A stretch of 64,000 bases of DNA from Arcobacteraceae bacterium (GTDB lineage Bacteria > Campylobacterota > Campylobacteria > Campylobacterales > Arcobacteraceae), in contig CBDCZH010000010.1 in assembly GCA_965224485.1 (NCBI GenBank), positions 96,001 through 160,000 on the forward strand, given 5' to 3'. Position numbers and translations under genes: made by a program. Below are positions 11,096 through 21,605 of the stretch, piece by piece (the first letter of the stretch is position 1; every line of letters begins with the position of its first letter). A model generated the notes under the pieces. The model saw only the letters and a program-made list of their open reading frames with translations, was not told the origin of the DNA and searched no databases.

Positions 11096-12160
11096 ATGAG
11101 TAATGTTTTAGAAATAATAGACTTAGAAAAACATTTTGAAGATTTTACAGCTGTTAATAAAATAAATTTTGAAGTAAAAGAAGGTGAATTTTTTTCAATT
11201 CTTGGACCCTCTGGCTGTGGAAAAACAACACTTTTACGTATGATAGCTGGTTTCTTAGAAGAAAATTCTGGTCTTATTAAAATAAGAAATAAAAGTATGA
11301 AAGGTATTTCTCCTAACAAAAGGCCTGTAAATCTTGTTTTCCAAAATTTAGCATTATTTCCTATGATGAATGTAGAAGAAAATATTGCATTTGGTTTAAA
11401 AAGAAAAAAACTTTCAAAAATAGTAATAAAACAAAAAGTAGAAGAAATTTTAGAAAAAGTTCATCTAAAAGGTTATGGAAAAAAAGAGATAAATCAACTC
11501 TCCGGTGGTCAAAAACAAAGAATTGCAATAGCACGAGCTTTGGTTTTAGAGCCTTCAATTTTACTTTTAGATGAGCCTTTAGGTGCCCTTGATTTAAAAC
11601 TTAGAGAAAAAATGAAAATAGAGCTTAAAAAGCTTCAAAAAGAGTTTGGAACAACTTTTATTTATATAACTCATGATCAAAGTGAAGCTTTAGTTATGAG
11701 TGATAAAGTTGCAGTTATGAATAATGGTAGATTTGAGCAAATTGATACTCCAAGAAACTTATATTCTAATCCTAAAACACCATTTGTAGCCTCTTTTGTA
11801 GGTGAGACTAATATGTTTGAAGGAAAACTTATAAAAAGTAATGATATTTATTTCGATGATAACTTTTCATTAAAAGTGACATTAATTGATAATATTGAAG
11901 AGAAGTGTAAAGTTTTTTTAAGGCCAGAATCAATTATTTTATTTCCAAAAAGTGATATAAAAGATATAAATAGATTTAATATAATAGTAAAAACTATACT
12001 TTTTGATGGTTCTAATACTAAACTACTAAGTACTATAGAAAATACTCAATATGAACTACAAGTTTCTCTTCCTCAAAATAAACAGTTTTCTCATATAAAA
12101 GTAGGAGATATAATTTGTGCAGGTATTGATTATCTTGCCTGTAAATGTTATGTTAGTTAA
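11096..12160 (+). CDS. ABC transporter ATP-binding protein, PotA-like
   Basis: GPSGCGKTT, LSGGQKQR, LLLDEP, THDQSEA. Confidence 0.93.
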   Translation: MSNVLEIIDLEKHFEDFTAVNKINFEVKEGEFFSILGPSGCGKTTLLRMIAGFLEENSGLIKIRNKSMKGISPNKRPVNLVFQNLALFPMMNVEENIAFGLKRKKLSKIVIKQKVEEILEKVHLKGYGKKEINQLSGGQKQRIAIARALVLEPSILLLDEPLGALDLKLREKMKIELKKLQKEFGTTFIYITHDQSEALVMSDKVAVMNNGRFEQIDTPRNLYSNPKTPFVASFVGETNMFEGKLIKSNDIYFDDNFSLKVTLIDNIEEKCKVFLRPESIILFPKSDIKDINRFNIIVKTILFDGSNTKLLSTIENTQYELQVSLPQNKQFSHIKVGDIICAGIDYLACKCYVS

Positions 12161-12163
12161 TTT

Positions 12164-13021
12164 ATGAAAACATACTCAAAAATTGGCTTTTATATATTTT
12201 TCGTGCCTATATTCTTGTGGCTTGCTTTACTTATAATAATTCCTCAAATTGAATTATTTATTATGTCTTTAAGATTTGAAGATGATTTAGGTGATATGAT
12301 ATGGAGTTTTGAAAATTATAAAGAATTTTTTGTTAATGATATTTATTGGCTTACTTTTTTAAGAACAGCTTTATATGCTATTTTTGTTACTTTTTTAACT
12401 TTCCTTGTAACTTTTCCAATTGCTTTTTATATTACAAAAATTGTAAATAAAAAGTATAGTGCTTTTTTGATAATTCTTCTTTTATTACCTTTTTGGGTAA
12501 GTGAGTTAGTACGTGTTTATGGTTGGACTATTTTACTAAGAGAAAGTGGTGTTATTAACTTCTTATTATTAAGTACTTCATTAACTACTGAAGCTATTGA
12601 GATGTTATACAATGATGCTGCTATGATTATGGGGCTTGTATACACTTCAATGTTATTTATGGTAATTCCTTTAATTTCTTCATTAGAAGGCATGGATGAT
12701 ACGTATATTGAAGCAGCACATGATTTAGGGGCATCTAAATTTACAATATTTATTAAAATTGTAATACCTTATTGCTCTTCTGGAATAGTTTCTGGAAGTA
12801 TTATTGTTTTCATGCTAACTCTTGGAAATTATTTAACTCCAAATTTAATGGGAGGGAAAAATTCTTTATGGTTTACTGAGCAAATTTATAATGAGTTTAT
12901 ATCTTCATTAAATTGGAATCAGGGTGCAGCTTTTGGTTTTTTACTCTTACTTTTATCTTCTTTAATAATATATTTAGGACTTAAATTAAGTAAGCAAAAT
13001 CTTGCTAAGGTTATGTCATGA
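12164..13021 (+). CDS. ABC transporter permease, PotB-like
   Basis: Multiple TMs, EAAHDLGA EAA motif. Confidence 0.9.
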   Translation: MKTYSKIGFYIFFVPIFLWLALLIIIPQIELFIMSLRFEDDLGDMIWSFENYKEFFVNDIYWLTFLRTALYAIFVTFLTFLVTFPIAFYITKIVNKKYSAFLIILLLLPFWVSELVRVYGWTILLRESGVINFLLLSTSLTTEAIEMLYNDAAMIMGLVYTSMLFMVIPLISSLEGMDDTYIEAAHDLGASKFTIFIKIVIPYCSSGIVSGSIIVFMLTLGNYLTPNLMGGKNSLWFTEQIYNEFISSLNWNQGAAFGFLLLLLSSLIIYLGLKLSKQNLAKVMS

Positions 13022-13872
13022 TACGTTCTTTACCTTCTTCTAAAGTATATAAATTTACTTTTAAATTGTATGTATGTTTATTTTTTATATTTTTATTTGC
13101 ACCCTTAATAGTAACATCTATTTTAGCTTTTAATGATTCAAATTTTCCTTCCCTTCCTTGGAATGGGTTTACCCTTGATTGGTTTATAGGAAATAGTGAG
13201 AAAAGACTGGGAATTTTTAATGATACAGATAATTTATTAAGTATGTGGGTATCAGCTCAAACTGCTTTTTTTGTCTCGGTATTCTCTTTACTTGTAGGAA
13301 CCTTAGGCGCTTTTTTATTTGAAAGAGAAGAGTTTAAATATAAGCAGTTCTTTTATTTTTTAGCTTTAACTCCTTTAGTTATTCCTGGTGTAATTTTAGG
13401 TATTTCTTTACTTTTAGCTGTAAATTCAGCAGGTTTATTTTTTGAAGATAATTTTGCTCTAGATTTTGAAATATTAAGACCTAGTTTCTGGTTAGTTGTA
13501 CTTGGACAATTCTCTTTTATTACTACCTTTGTTCTCTTAGTAGTCTCTTCTAAATTAAAAAAATTTGATAATACTTTAGAAGAAGCTGCTTTAAATCTTG
13601 GAGCTAGTAAAATTGATGCAATAAGGTATATAATTATTCCATTTTTAAAACCAGCGTTGTTAGGTGCAGGCGCAGTTGCTTTTTTGATGAGTTTTGAGAA
13701 CTTCAATACAACTCTATTTTTGATAGGGTCTGATACAACTCTACCTGTAAATTTATATTTACAAGTAAGAGATGGAAGTACTCCTGTTATTAATGCAATC
13801 TCATTCTTATTAATTATGGGAACATCGATTCTTGCTTTATTAAATTTATTTTTAAGTAAAAAGGGAAAATAA
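13018..13872 (+). CDS. ABC transporter permease, PotC-like
   Basis: Multiple TMs, EEAALNLGA EAA motif. Confidence 0.9.
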   Translation: MIRSLPSSKVYKFTFKLYVCLFFIFLFAPLIVTSILAFNDSNFPSLPWNGFTLDWFIGNSEKRLGIFNDTDNLLSMWVSAQTAFFVSVFSLLVGTLGAFLFEREEFKYKQFFYFLALTPLVIPGVILGISLLLAVNSAGLFFEDNFALDFEILRPSFWLVVLGQFSFITTFVLLVVSSKLKKFDNTLEEAALNLGASKIDAIRYIIIPFLKPALLGAGAVAFLMSFENFNTTLFLIGSDTTLPVNLYLQVRDGSTPVINAISFLLIMGTSILALLNLFLSKKGK

Positions 13873-14684
13873 TGTCATTTTATACTAATCTTAAAAAGAG
13901 TAAGAAAAAGAAAAAGAATCTGATAGTAGCACATAGAGGTTTTAGATCAATAAGACCAGAAAATACACTTAGTGCTTTTAAAGCAGCTCTTAAGAGATGT
14001 GATTTTATTGAGTTTGATGTAAACATATCTAAAGATGAAATTCCTGTTGTTCTTCATGATTCTACTTTATTGAGAACCTCAAATATAAAAAAAAAGAAGA
14101 AGTATAAAAATAAAACCTTAGTACATGAATTAACTTTAGAAGAATTAAAAACCTTAGACTTTGGTACTTGGTTTATAAAAAGTGATCCTTTTGGAACTAT
14201 TAAAAAGAATAAAGTAAAAAAGAAGAAAATAAAAAAACAAAGTATTCTAAGTTTAGAAGAAATACTAGTATTTTGTAAAGAAAACAATATGCTTGCAAAT
14301 ATAGAAATAAAAGATCTTTTTTCTACCTCTTTTGATAAAATAATTGTTCAAAAAGTAATAGATGTAATAGTAAAATTAAAAATGCAAAATTTCGTACTTT
14401 TATCATCTTTTAATCACGCTTATTTAAGAGAAATAAATACATTATTACCTTCTATTGATAAAGCTATATTAGTTGAAGATTCTCATCCTAATAACTTATT
14501 TGAATACTTAAAAGACCTCAATATCAGTGCCTATAATTGTAATGATAAAATCATTACTAAGAGTATTGTACAATATTTAAAAAAAGAGTCGTTCAAAGTA
14601 AACGTTTTTACAGTTAATGACCGAAAAAGAAAAGACGAGCTTTTCTCATGGGGAGTAGATGCTATTTTTACCGATTATTTATAA
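13872..14684 (+). CDS. Glycerophosphodiester phosphodiesterase (UgpQ-like, cytoplasmic)
   Basis: AHRG, PENTL, EFDV, HD, NIEIK, FTVN, IFTD GDPD motifs; no signal peptide. Confidence 0.92.
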   Translation: MSFYTNLKKSKKKKKNLIVAHRGFRSIRPENTLSAFKAALKRCDFIEFDVNISKDEIPVVLHDSTLLRTSNIKKKKKYKNKTLVHELTLEELKTLDFGTWFIKSDPFGTIKKNKVKKKKIKKQSILSLEEILVFCKENNMLANIEIKDLFSTSFDKIIVQKVIDVIVKLKMQNFVLLSSFNHAYLREINTLLPSIDKAILVEDSHPNNLFEYLKDLNISAYNCNDKIITKSIVQYLKKESFKVNVFTVNDRKRKDELFSWGVDAIFTDYL

Positions 14685-14702
14685 TATAAAATTTTAATAT
14701 CT

Positions 14703-15410
14703 TTAATTTGATAATAAAATTTTATGTTTATACATATCACCTTTGATTACTAAATGTGAATACTCTATTGCTTTACTTGTTTTATCAAAAGCTAAACGTT
14801 TTAAAGATAATAAAGGTGAGCCCTCTTTTATATCTAGTTTTACTGCTTCTTCTTTACTAGAAGCTAGTGCTTCAACTATCTCTTCTGCGTTAAAAAACTC
14901 TATATTATATTCTTCTTTCAAGAAAGAATATAAAGATTCTAAATTTAATTTCTTATCAATATTAGGTACTGTTAAAATATCAAAATAATTTGTCATTAAA
15001 GCAAAAGGTACTCCATCTAATAACCTAGTTCTTTTTATGCATAAAAGCTTTTTACAGCCTAATAAATCTTTTACAAAATGTTCACCTTCAAGTATTTCAA
15101 AAGATATAGATTTTGTTGTTAATAGGCGTTTTTCTTTTGATAATCTTTGTGTTAGTGAACCAAAAGAGTTTGCATTATAAAGTATTTTTTTTTCTTTTAC
15201 GTAAGTGCCTTTTCCTTGCCGTTTTATAATTATATTATCTTTTTCTAACTCTTCAATAGCTTTTCTTATTGTTATTCTTGAAACATTGTACATTTCTTCA
15301 AGTTTTCCCTCAGGAGGAATTATGTCATTTACTTTATAATTCTTTTTAATATCTTCTAAAATCTTTTTTTTAACTTGGTAATATAGAGGTATTCCATTTT
15401 TTACAAACAA
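14703..15410 (-). CDS. GntR family (HutC/UTRA) regulator, paralogue of 8903-9628
   Basis: Closely similar sequence (KNGIPLY, VSRITIRKAI, LLCIKRTR, DMYKHKI); TTG start. Confidence 0.92.
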   Translation of the reverse strand: MFVKNGIPLYYQVKKKILEDIKKNYKVNDIIPPEGKLEEMYNVSRITIRKAIEELEKDNIIIKRQGKGTYVKEKKILYNANSFGSLTQRLSKEKRLLTTKSISFEILEGEHFVKDLLGCKKLLCIKRTRLLDGVPFALMTNYFDILTVPNIDKKLNLESLYSFLKEEYNIEFFNAEEIVEALASSKEEAVKLDIKEGSPLLSLKRLAFDKTSKAIEYSHLVIKGDMYKHKILLSN

Positions 15411-15499
15411 TTTATTCCTTTTTGAATAATTAATATAGTTGCGTTATTTATTCATAATACATTATTCACTTTAAAATTTTACTTAAATAAAATTTTGTA

Positions 15500-17059
15500 T
15501 TATAAATAGTTATTTAATATTAAAAGTGCTTCTTCTTCTTCTTTTTGTTTTTTATCTTTATTCCAAGATAATTCATCTGCCATAATACTTACAACTTCAT
15601 TTAATATAAGTTTGGCAGCTTCTTTATCAATTAGAGCTAAACTGGATCTTCTTACTAAAAAATCAAGTGGTTTTTGTACAAACTCTTTTTTTATACAATA
15701 AATTACTTCTGCATTTGTATATTCATAATTTTTGTGTAGTTTTATGATATCTTGAACACTAGCTAAAACATCTTTACTTTTATCACCATATAGTGAGTTT
15801 AAATGTGATGCAAGTGTTTTAGATACTCCACTTATTTCTAAGTTTTTACTAAAGTCTTCACTTCCATACAGTTTTAATTTCTTTGTTTTACATTTTTTAT
15901 TGTTTAATTTAAACTCTTTATTAATATAAGAAAGTACTTCTTGCGCCATTTTCCTGTATGTTGTCCATTTTCCACCAATTATGCTAACTAAACCACTTTG
16001 TGAACTTGTAATAACATGGTCTCTTACAATAGATGAAGTACTTGCATTCTTTTCTGGTGCAACTAAGGGTCTAATTCCTGACCATGAAGATAAAATTTCT
16101 TCTTTTTTTATTTTTAGTTCAAAATATATTTCTAAGTGTTTTAAAATATAATCTATGTCTTCATCACTTACTTCTGGTCTTTGTTGTAAAGATGTTTTTT
16201 CATCAGTTGTTCCAACTAAACATTTTCCCATCCATGGCAAAATAAATAAAACTCTTCCATCTTGAGTTTTAGGAATCATTAAACCTTCACTTGAAGGCAG
16301 GTATTTTTTATCCAATACTATATGAATACCTGAACTTAAATCTAACATACTTTTAGCTTCTTTATCATCTAATAGTCTAATTTGATCTGAAAAAACACCA
16401 GTAGCATTTATAATGATATTTGATTTAAATAAAATAATTTTACTATTAGTTTTATCAAATACTTTTACTCCTGATATTTTTTTGTTTGTGTGCATGAATT
16501 CTTTTACTTCATGATAATTTTTACATAAAGCTCCAAAAGTTCTTGCTGTTTGTAATAAGGCAATATTTAGCCTTGCATCATTAAATGAACCATCATAATA
16601 TTTAACCCCTGCAACTAAACCATCTTTTTTAATAACAGGGAATTTTTCGATAAGTTTTTTTCTACATATGATTGAAGAGCGTCCTAAACCTTTTGTTCCT
16701 GAAACAAGGTCATATAAAGATAAACCTACAAACATATAAGGAACTTGCCACCACTTATATAAAGGTGTAATTAATGTTAAACGTGAGCATAAATGAGGAG
16801 CATTTTTAAGTAGCCTTGCTCTCTCTTGTAAACCTTCTTTAACTAAATTAAATTGTTCTTTATCTAATTTTTTAACAGCAGCTTCTAAATATCTAACTCC
16901 ACCATGAACTAATTTTGTACTTCTTGAACTAGTACCTTCTGAAAAATCATTTTTCTCTAATAGTAGAGTTTTCATTCCTCTTGAAGCTGCATCTAAAGCA
17001 ATACCACTTCCAGTTGCCCCTCCACCTATTATAATAATGTCATATGTATTATTTTCCAT
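15500..17059 (-). CDS. glpD: FAD-dependent glycerol-3-phosphate dehydrogenase
   Basis: IIGGGATG, GTSSRSTKLVHGGVRYL, DGRVLF, GGKWTTYR. Confidence 0.95.
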   Translation of the reverse strand: MENNTYDIIIIGGGATGSGIALDAASRGMKTLLLEKNDFSEGTSSRSTKLVHGGVRYLEAAVKKLDKEQFNLVKEGLQERARLLKNAPHLCSRLTLITPLYKWWQVPYMFVGLSLYDLVSGTKGLGRSSIICRKKLIEKFPVIKKDGLVAGVKYYDGSFNDARLNIALLQTARTFGALCKNYHEVKEFMHTNKKISGVKVFDKTNSKIILFKSNIIINATGVFSDQIRLLDDKEAKSMLDLSSGIHIVLDKKYLPSSEGLMIPKTQDGRVLFILPWMGKCLVGTTDEKTSLQQRPEVSDEDIDYILKHLEIYFELKIKKEEILSSWSGIRPLVAPEKNASTSSIVRDHVITSSQSGLVSIIGGKWTTYRKMAQEVLSYINKEFKLNNKKCKTKKLKLYGSEDFSKNLEISGVSKTLASHLNSLYGDKSKDVLASVQDIIKLHKNYEYTNAEVIYCIKKEFVQKPLDFLVRRSSLALIDKEAAKLILNEVVSIMADELSWNKDKKQKEEEEALLILNNYL

Positions 17060-17083
17060 AAGTTAATATCCTTATTTGAATTC

Positions 17084-17375
17084 ACATTATAAGGTCATAA
17101 TGTTTATAAATAGATTATAATGACTTGTTGATAAAAAGTAAATTAAACTAGATTATACTTAGAATAGTAAATCTAATATTTATTTTTATTTTATGGAATA
17201 TTGATGATAGCTTAGATTAAAAAATAAAAATAAAAAAATACAAACTCTATAAATAGGGACTTTAAAAAGAAAAATAGCATTAACGTAGCAAAAAATTAAT
17301 AAATCTTCTTTTTTTTTAAGCTTGGTTTAAAATCCAGTACGTCAGTATTAAAGATACATTATAATGTCATGATGT
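17084..17375. promoter_or_regulatory. Divergent glpD/glpS control region with two palindromic operator-like sites
   Basis: ACATTATAAGGTCATAATGT (17084-17103) and ACATTATAATGTCATGATGT (17356-17375). Confidence 0.6.
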
Positions 17376-17408
17376 AATAAAATTTATAAACTACTAGGAG
17401 AAGAATAT

Positions 17409-18497
17409 ATGTCCTTAGAACTTGAAAATATATCAATGCACGTAGATGGTCAAGTACATATTCATAACTGTAATTTAAAATTAGAAAAAGGAACTATGAA
17501 TGTTCTTTTAGGAAGAACACAATCTGGTAAAACAACTTTGATGCGTATTATGGCTGGCTTAGATATACCAACAAGTGGTAGAATAATATATGAAGGTAAA
17601 GATGTAACAGGAATGAAAGTTCAAAAAAGAAAAATTGCTATGGTTTATCAGCAATTTATCAATTATCCTTCTATGAGTGTATATGATAATATTGCAACAC
17701 CTTTACGAATTATGAAAAAAGATGAGGCTTTTATTAAAGAAGCAGTTCTTAAAACTGCAAAACTAATGAGATTAGAAAATATGCTTCATCGTAAACCAAA
17801 TGAGTTATCAGGTGGGCAACAACAAAGATGTGCACTTGCACGATCACTAGTAAAAGGTTCAGGACTTGTATTATTAGATGAACCCTTGGCTAACTTAGAT
17901 TATAAATTACGAGAAGAGTTAAGAGAAGAAATTCCTAAACTTTTTGAAGAATCAGGTGCTATTTTTGTATATGCAACAACTGAACCTGAAGAAGCTTTAC
18001 TCTTAGGTGGAAATGTAGCAACTCTTTGGGAAGGTAAAATAACTCAATTTGGAAAAACTGCAGATGTTTACCATAATCCAAATTCTGCAATAACAGCAAA
18101 AGTTTTTTCGAACCCTTCAATGAATTTTTTAGATATTAAAAAAGAAAAAGATTATATGTATTATGGAAATAATGAAAAAACTCTTATTTCAGAAGCTTTA
18201 AAAGACTTAGAAGATGGTGAATATTTATTAGGTTTTAGACCCAATTATTTACAACTTAAAAAACAAAATGAGAATTCAATAGAATTTGTTACTCACTTAG
18301 ATGTTACAGAAATTACTGGTTCAGAAACATTTCTACATCTTAAATATGATAAAAATTCTTGGATAGGTTTAGTTCATGGAGTTCATGACTTAGAATATAA
18401 TTCAGATTTAACTTTATACTTAGATACACAATATATTTTTGTTTTTAGAAAAGACTATTCTCTTGTAAAAACTGCAGCATATGTTAAAAATAGATAA
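17409..18497 (+). CDS. glpS: Glycerol ABC transporter ATP-binding subunit (GlpS-like)
   Basis: GRTQSGKT, VYQQFINYP, LSGGQQQR, YATTEPEEAL variant typical of this family; glp context. Confidence 0.8.
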   Translation: MSLELENISMHVDGQVHIHNCNLKLEKGTMNVLLGRTQSGKTTLMRIMAGLDIPTSGRIIYEGKDVTGMKVQKRKIAMVYQQFINYPSMSVYDNIATPLRIMKKDEAFIKEAVLKTAKLMRLENMLHRKPNELSGGQQQRCALARSLVKGSGLVLLDEPLANLDYKLREELREEIPKLFEESGAIFVYATTEPEEALLLGGNVATLWEGKITQFGKTADVYHNPNSAITAKVFSNPSMNFLDIKKEKDYMYYGNNEKTLISEALKDLEDGEYLLGFRPNYLQLKKQNENSIEFVTHLDVTEITGSETFLHLKYDKNSWIGLVHGVHDLEYNSDLTLYLDTQYIFVFRKDYSLVKTAAYVKNR

Positions 18498-18513
18498 AAA
18501 AGGAAGTAAATAA

Positions 18514-19596
18514 ATGGCAAAAATTACTCTTTCAAACTTAGCGCACTCATACATGAAGAATCCAGTCAAAGATGAAGACTATGCTTTAAGAAAATTAAAT
18601 CATGAGTGGGAAGATGGAGCAGCATATGCTCTTTTAGGACCATCAGGTTGTGGAAAATCAACTTTATTAAATATAATTTCTGGAATTATTACACCTTCTG
18701 AAGGGCGCATTTTATTTGATGAAACAGATGTTACTTTTGTAGATACAAAAGATAGAAATATTGCACAAGTTTTTCAATTTCCTGTAGTTTATGACACAAT
18801 GACAGTTAGACAAAACCTTGAATTTCCTTTAAAAAATAGAAATTATGATAAGGAATATATTCAACAAAGAGTGGCTTCAATAGCAAGATCAATTCAAGTT
18901 GAAAATATAATGAATAAAAAAGCACAAAATTTAAGTGCTGATGAAAAGCAGAAGATTTCTTTAGGACGAGGAATGGTTAGAGAAGATGTAAATGCAATCT
19001 TATTTGATGAACCTTTAACAGTAATTGATCCTCATATGAAGTGGGAGCTTAGAACACAATTAAAAGCCTTACATAAAGAACTTAAACATACAATGATTTT
19101 TGTAACGCATGATCAAACAGAAGCATTAACTTTTGCTGATAAAGTAGTAGTTATGAATGAAGGAACTGTTGTTCAAATAGGAACACCACAAGAATTGTTT
19201 GAGCAACCAGAACATACCTTTGTTGGTTATTTTATAGGTTCTCCTGGAATGAATTTTCTAAATATAGAACTTCAAGGGAATATAGCAAAAATAGGAGAAA
19301 CTTCTCTTTGTTTAAAAAAAGTGTATTCTCAATTAACTGGGAAAATCGAACTTGGTATTAGACCTGAATTTATTGAACTTTGTGAAGAGAAAGATGGTTT
19401 AAAGATTGAAATAAAAAGAATTGAAGATTTAGCTCATCATAAAATTGTAAGGGCTATATATAACAATGTAAATATTAATATTATTGTAAAAGAAGAAGTG
19501 AGAATAACTTCATCTATGACTTACATGAAGTTTAACTTAGAAAAAATAAATATTTATTGTAATTCTTGGTTAGTTAAAGGAGACTTATTATCATGA
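18514..19596 (+). CDS. Glycerol ABC transporter ATP-binding subunit (GlpT-like, rhizobial nomenclature)
   Basis: GPSGCGKS, degenerate signature LSADEKQKISLGRG, FDEPLTVIDP. Confidence 0.8.
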   Translation: MAKITLSNLAHSYMKNPVKDEDYALRKLNHEWEDGAAYALLGPSGCGKSTLLNIISGIITPSEGRILFDETDVTFVDTKDRNIAQVFQFPVVYDTMTVRQNLEFPLKNRNYDKEYIQQRVASIARSIQVENIMNKKAQNLSADEKQKISLGRGMVREDVNAILFDEPLTVIDPHMKWELRTQLKALHKELKHTMIFVTHDQTEALTFADKVVVMNEGTVVQIGTPQELFEQPEHTFVGYFIGSPGMNFLNIELQGNIAKIGETSLCLKKVYSQLTGKIELGIRPEFIELCEEKDGLKIEIKRIEDLAHHKIVRAIYNNVNINIIVKEEVRITSSMTYMKFNLEKINIYCNSWLVKGDLLS

Positions 19597-20462
19597 AAAA
19601 AAGAGTAAATCAAAAAGCATGGTTTTTAGTTCTTCCTGTTTTATTATTAGTTAGCTTTTCTGCCATTATTCCTTTAATGACAGTTGTAAATTATTCAATT
19701 CAAGATACTTTTGGAAATAATGTATTCTTTGAAGTAGGTTTGGAGTGGTTTGAAGAAATTTTACACTCGCAAAGAATTCATGATGCATTAGGACGCCAAA
19801 TATTATTTACAGGAATTATTTTATTAATTGAAATACCTTTAGGAATATTTATAGCCCTTCATATGCCAAAAAGAGGTTTTTGGGCATCAACTTGTTTAAT
19901 TTTAATTGCTCTTCCTTTATTAGTTCCATGGAATGTAGTAGGAACAATTTGGCAAATCTTTGGAAGAACTGATATTGGGCTCTTAGGTTATACCTTAGCT
20001 TATTTGGGTATTGAGTATAACTATACTCAAAATATTATTGATGCTTGGATCACTCTTATTGTTATGGATGTATGGCATTGGACATCTTTAGTTGTACTTC
20101 TTTGTTATGCAGGACTGCAAGCTATTCCAAGTGCTTATTATCAAGCAGCCAAAATTGATCAAGCTTCAAGATGGAGTGTTTTTAGATATATAGAGTTACC
20201 AAAAATGATGGGTGTTTTATTAATTGCTACACTTTTAAGATTTATGGATAGTTTTATGATTTATACGGAACCGATGGTAGTAACTGGTGGTGGTCCTGGA
20301 AATGCTACAACTTTTCTTTCAATTGATTTAGTAAAAATGGCAATAGGACAGTTTGATTTAGGACCTGCAGCTGCTTTCTCATTAATTTATTTTTTAGTAA
20401 TTTTATTAGTTTCTTGGGCCTTTTTTACAATTATGACTAATATTGATAAGCAGGAGAATTAA
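19593..20462 (+). CDS. Glycerol ABC transporter permease (GlpP-like)
   Basis: NQKAWFLVLP, DVWHWTSLV, CUT1-type permease. Confidence 0.82.
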   Translation: MKKRVNQKAWFLVLPVLLLVSFSAIIPLMTVVNYSIQDTFGNNVFFEVGLEWFEEILHSQRIHDALGRQILFTGIILLIEIPLGIFIALHMPKRGFWASTCLILIALPLLVPWNVVGTIWQIFGRTDIGLLGYTLAYLGIEYNYTQNIIDAWITLIVMDVWHWTSLVVLLCYAGLQAIPSAYYQAAKIDQASRWSVFRYIELPKMMGVLLIATLLRFMDSFMIYTEPMVVTGGGPGNATTFLSIDLVKMAIGQFDLGPAAAFSLIYFLVILLVSWAFFTIMTNIDKQEN

Positions 20463-20463
20463 G

Positions 20464-21291
20464 ATGAATGTTCAAGATAAAAAAGGATTCTTTTCTAGTA
20501 AGTCTCCTATGATTATGCTGATTTATATTATATTTTTAATGTTACCAGTTTATTGGTTAATAAATATGAGTTTTAAAACAAACTCAGAGATATTAGGTAC
20601 ATTTTCTTTATTTCCAAATGACTTAACCTTTGATAACTATATAGTTATTTTTACAGATCCTTCTTGGTATTGGGGTTATATAAATTCAATGATATATGTT
20701 GTTATGAATACTGTTATTTCTTTATTAGTAGCACTTCCAGCTGCATATGCCTTTTCAAGGTATACATTTTTAGGGGATAAGCATCTATTCTTTTGGTTAT
20801 TAACTAACAGAATGGCACCACCTGCAGTTTTTGCACTGCCATTTTTCCAGCTTTATTCAAGTGTTGGTTTATTTGATACACATATAGCTGTAGCCTTAGC
20901 TCATACTTTATTTAATGTTCCTCTAACAGTTTGGATTTTAGAAGGTTTTATGAAAGGAGTTCCTAAAGAAATAGATGAAACAGCATATGTAGATGGTTTT
21001 GGTTTTTTTGCATTTTTTACAAAAATTTTTACACCCATGATATCTTCAGGTATTGGAGTAGCTGCATTCTTTTGTTTTATGTTTTCATGGGTTGAATTAC
21101 TTTTAAGTAGAACATTAACATCAGTTGATGCTAAATCTATTGCTGCAACTATGACTAAAACAGTATCAGCTTCGGGAGTTGATTGGGGAGTTTTAAGTGC
21201 AGCTGGAGTGTTAACATTAGTACCAGGTGCAATTGTTATTTATTTTGTAAGACATCATATTGCTAAGGGTTTATCTCTTGGTCGAGTTTAA
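20464..21291 (+). CDS. Glycerol ABC transporter permease (GlpQ-like)
   Basis: WLLTNRMAPPAVF, EIDETAYVDG EAA motif; start after GGAG RBS. Confidence 0.82.
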   Translation: MNVQDKKGFFSSKSPMIMLIYIIFLMLPVYWLINMSFKTNSEILGTFSLFPNDLTFDNYIVIFTDPSWYWGYINSMIYVVMNTVISLLVALPAAYAFSRYTFLGDKHLFFWLLTNRMAPPAVFALPFFQLYSSVGLFDTHIAVALAHTLFNVPLTVWILEGFMKGVPKEIDETAYVDGFGFFAFFTKIFTPMISSGIGVAAFFCFMFSWVELLLSRTLTSVDAKSIAATMTKTVSASGVDWGVLSAAGVLTLVPGAIVIYFVRHHIAKGLSLGRV

Positions 21292-21300
21292 GGAGAAGTT

Positions 21301-21579
21301 ATGAATTTATCATGGATGGCGTGGACAAATGCAACAGCTATTTTTTTCTCATTGATATTAGTTTCTCTTATATTAATGACAATCTGGGCCATGAAGTGGC
21401 CACAGGCTCCTAGAGTTGGAATATTAAGAATAGAAACAACTCCTGGGGATAGACTATTTCTTTCACTTTTAGGCTCAGCATTTATATGCCTTGCTTATTT
21501 AGCGATGTTTGGTGCTCCAATTTTTGGAGCTTTAGTTATTTGCTTTTTTTATGCCTTATGTGTTTTTAAATGGGTTTAA
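21301..21579 (+). CDS. Small integral membrane subunit of the glycerol ABC transporter (GlpU/DUF2160-like)
   Basis: WMAWT...R.GIL.IETTPGDRLF.SLLGSAFI; position between permease and binding protein. Confidence 0.8.
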   Translation: MNLSWMAWTNATAIFFSLILVSLILMTIWAMKWPQAPRVGILRIETTPGDRLFLSLLGSAFICLAYLAMFGAPIFGALVICFFYALCVFKWV

Positions 21580-21605
21580 AAATAAAGTTTAATTAAGGAG
21601 AAAAG

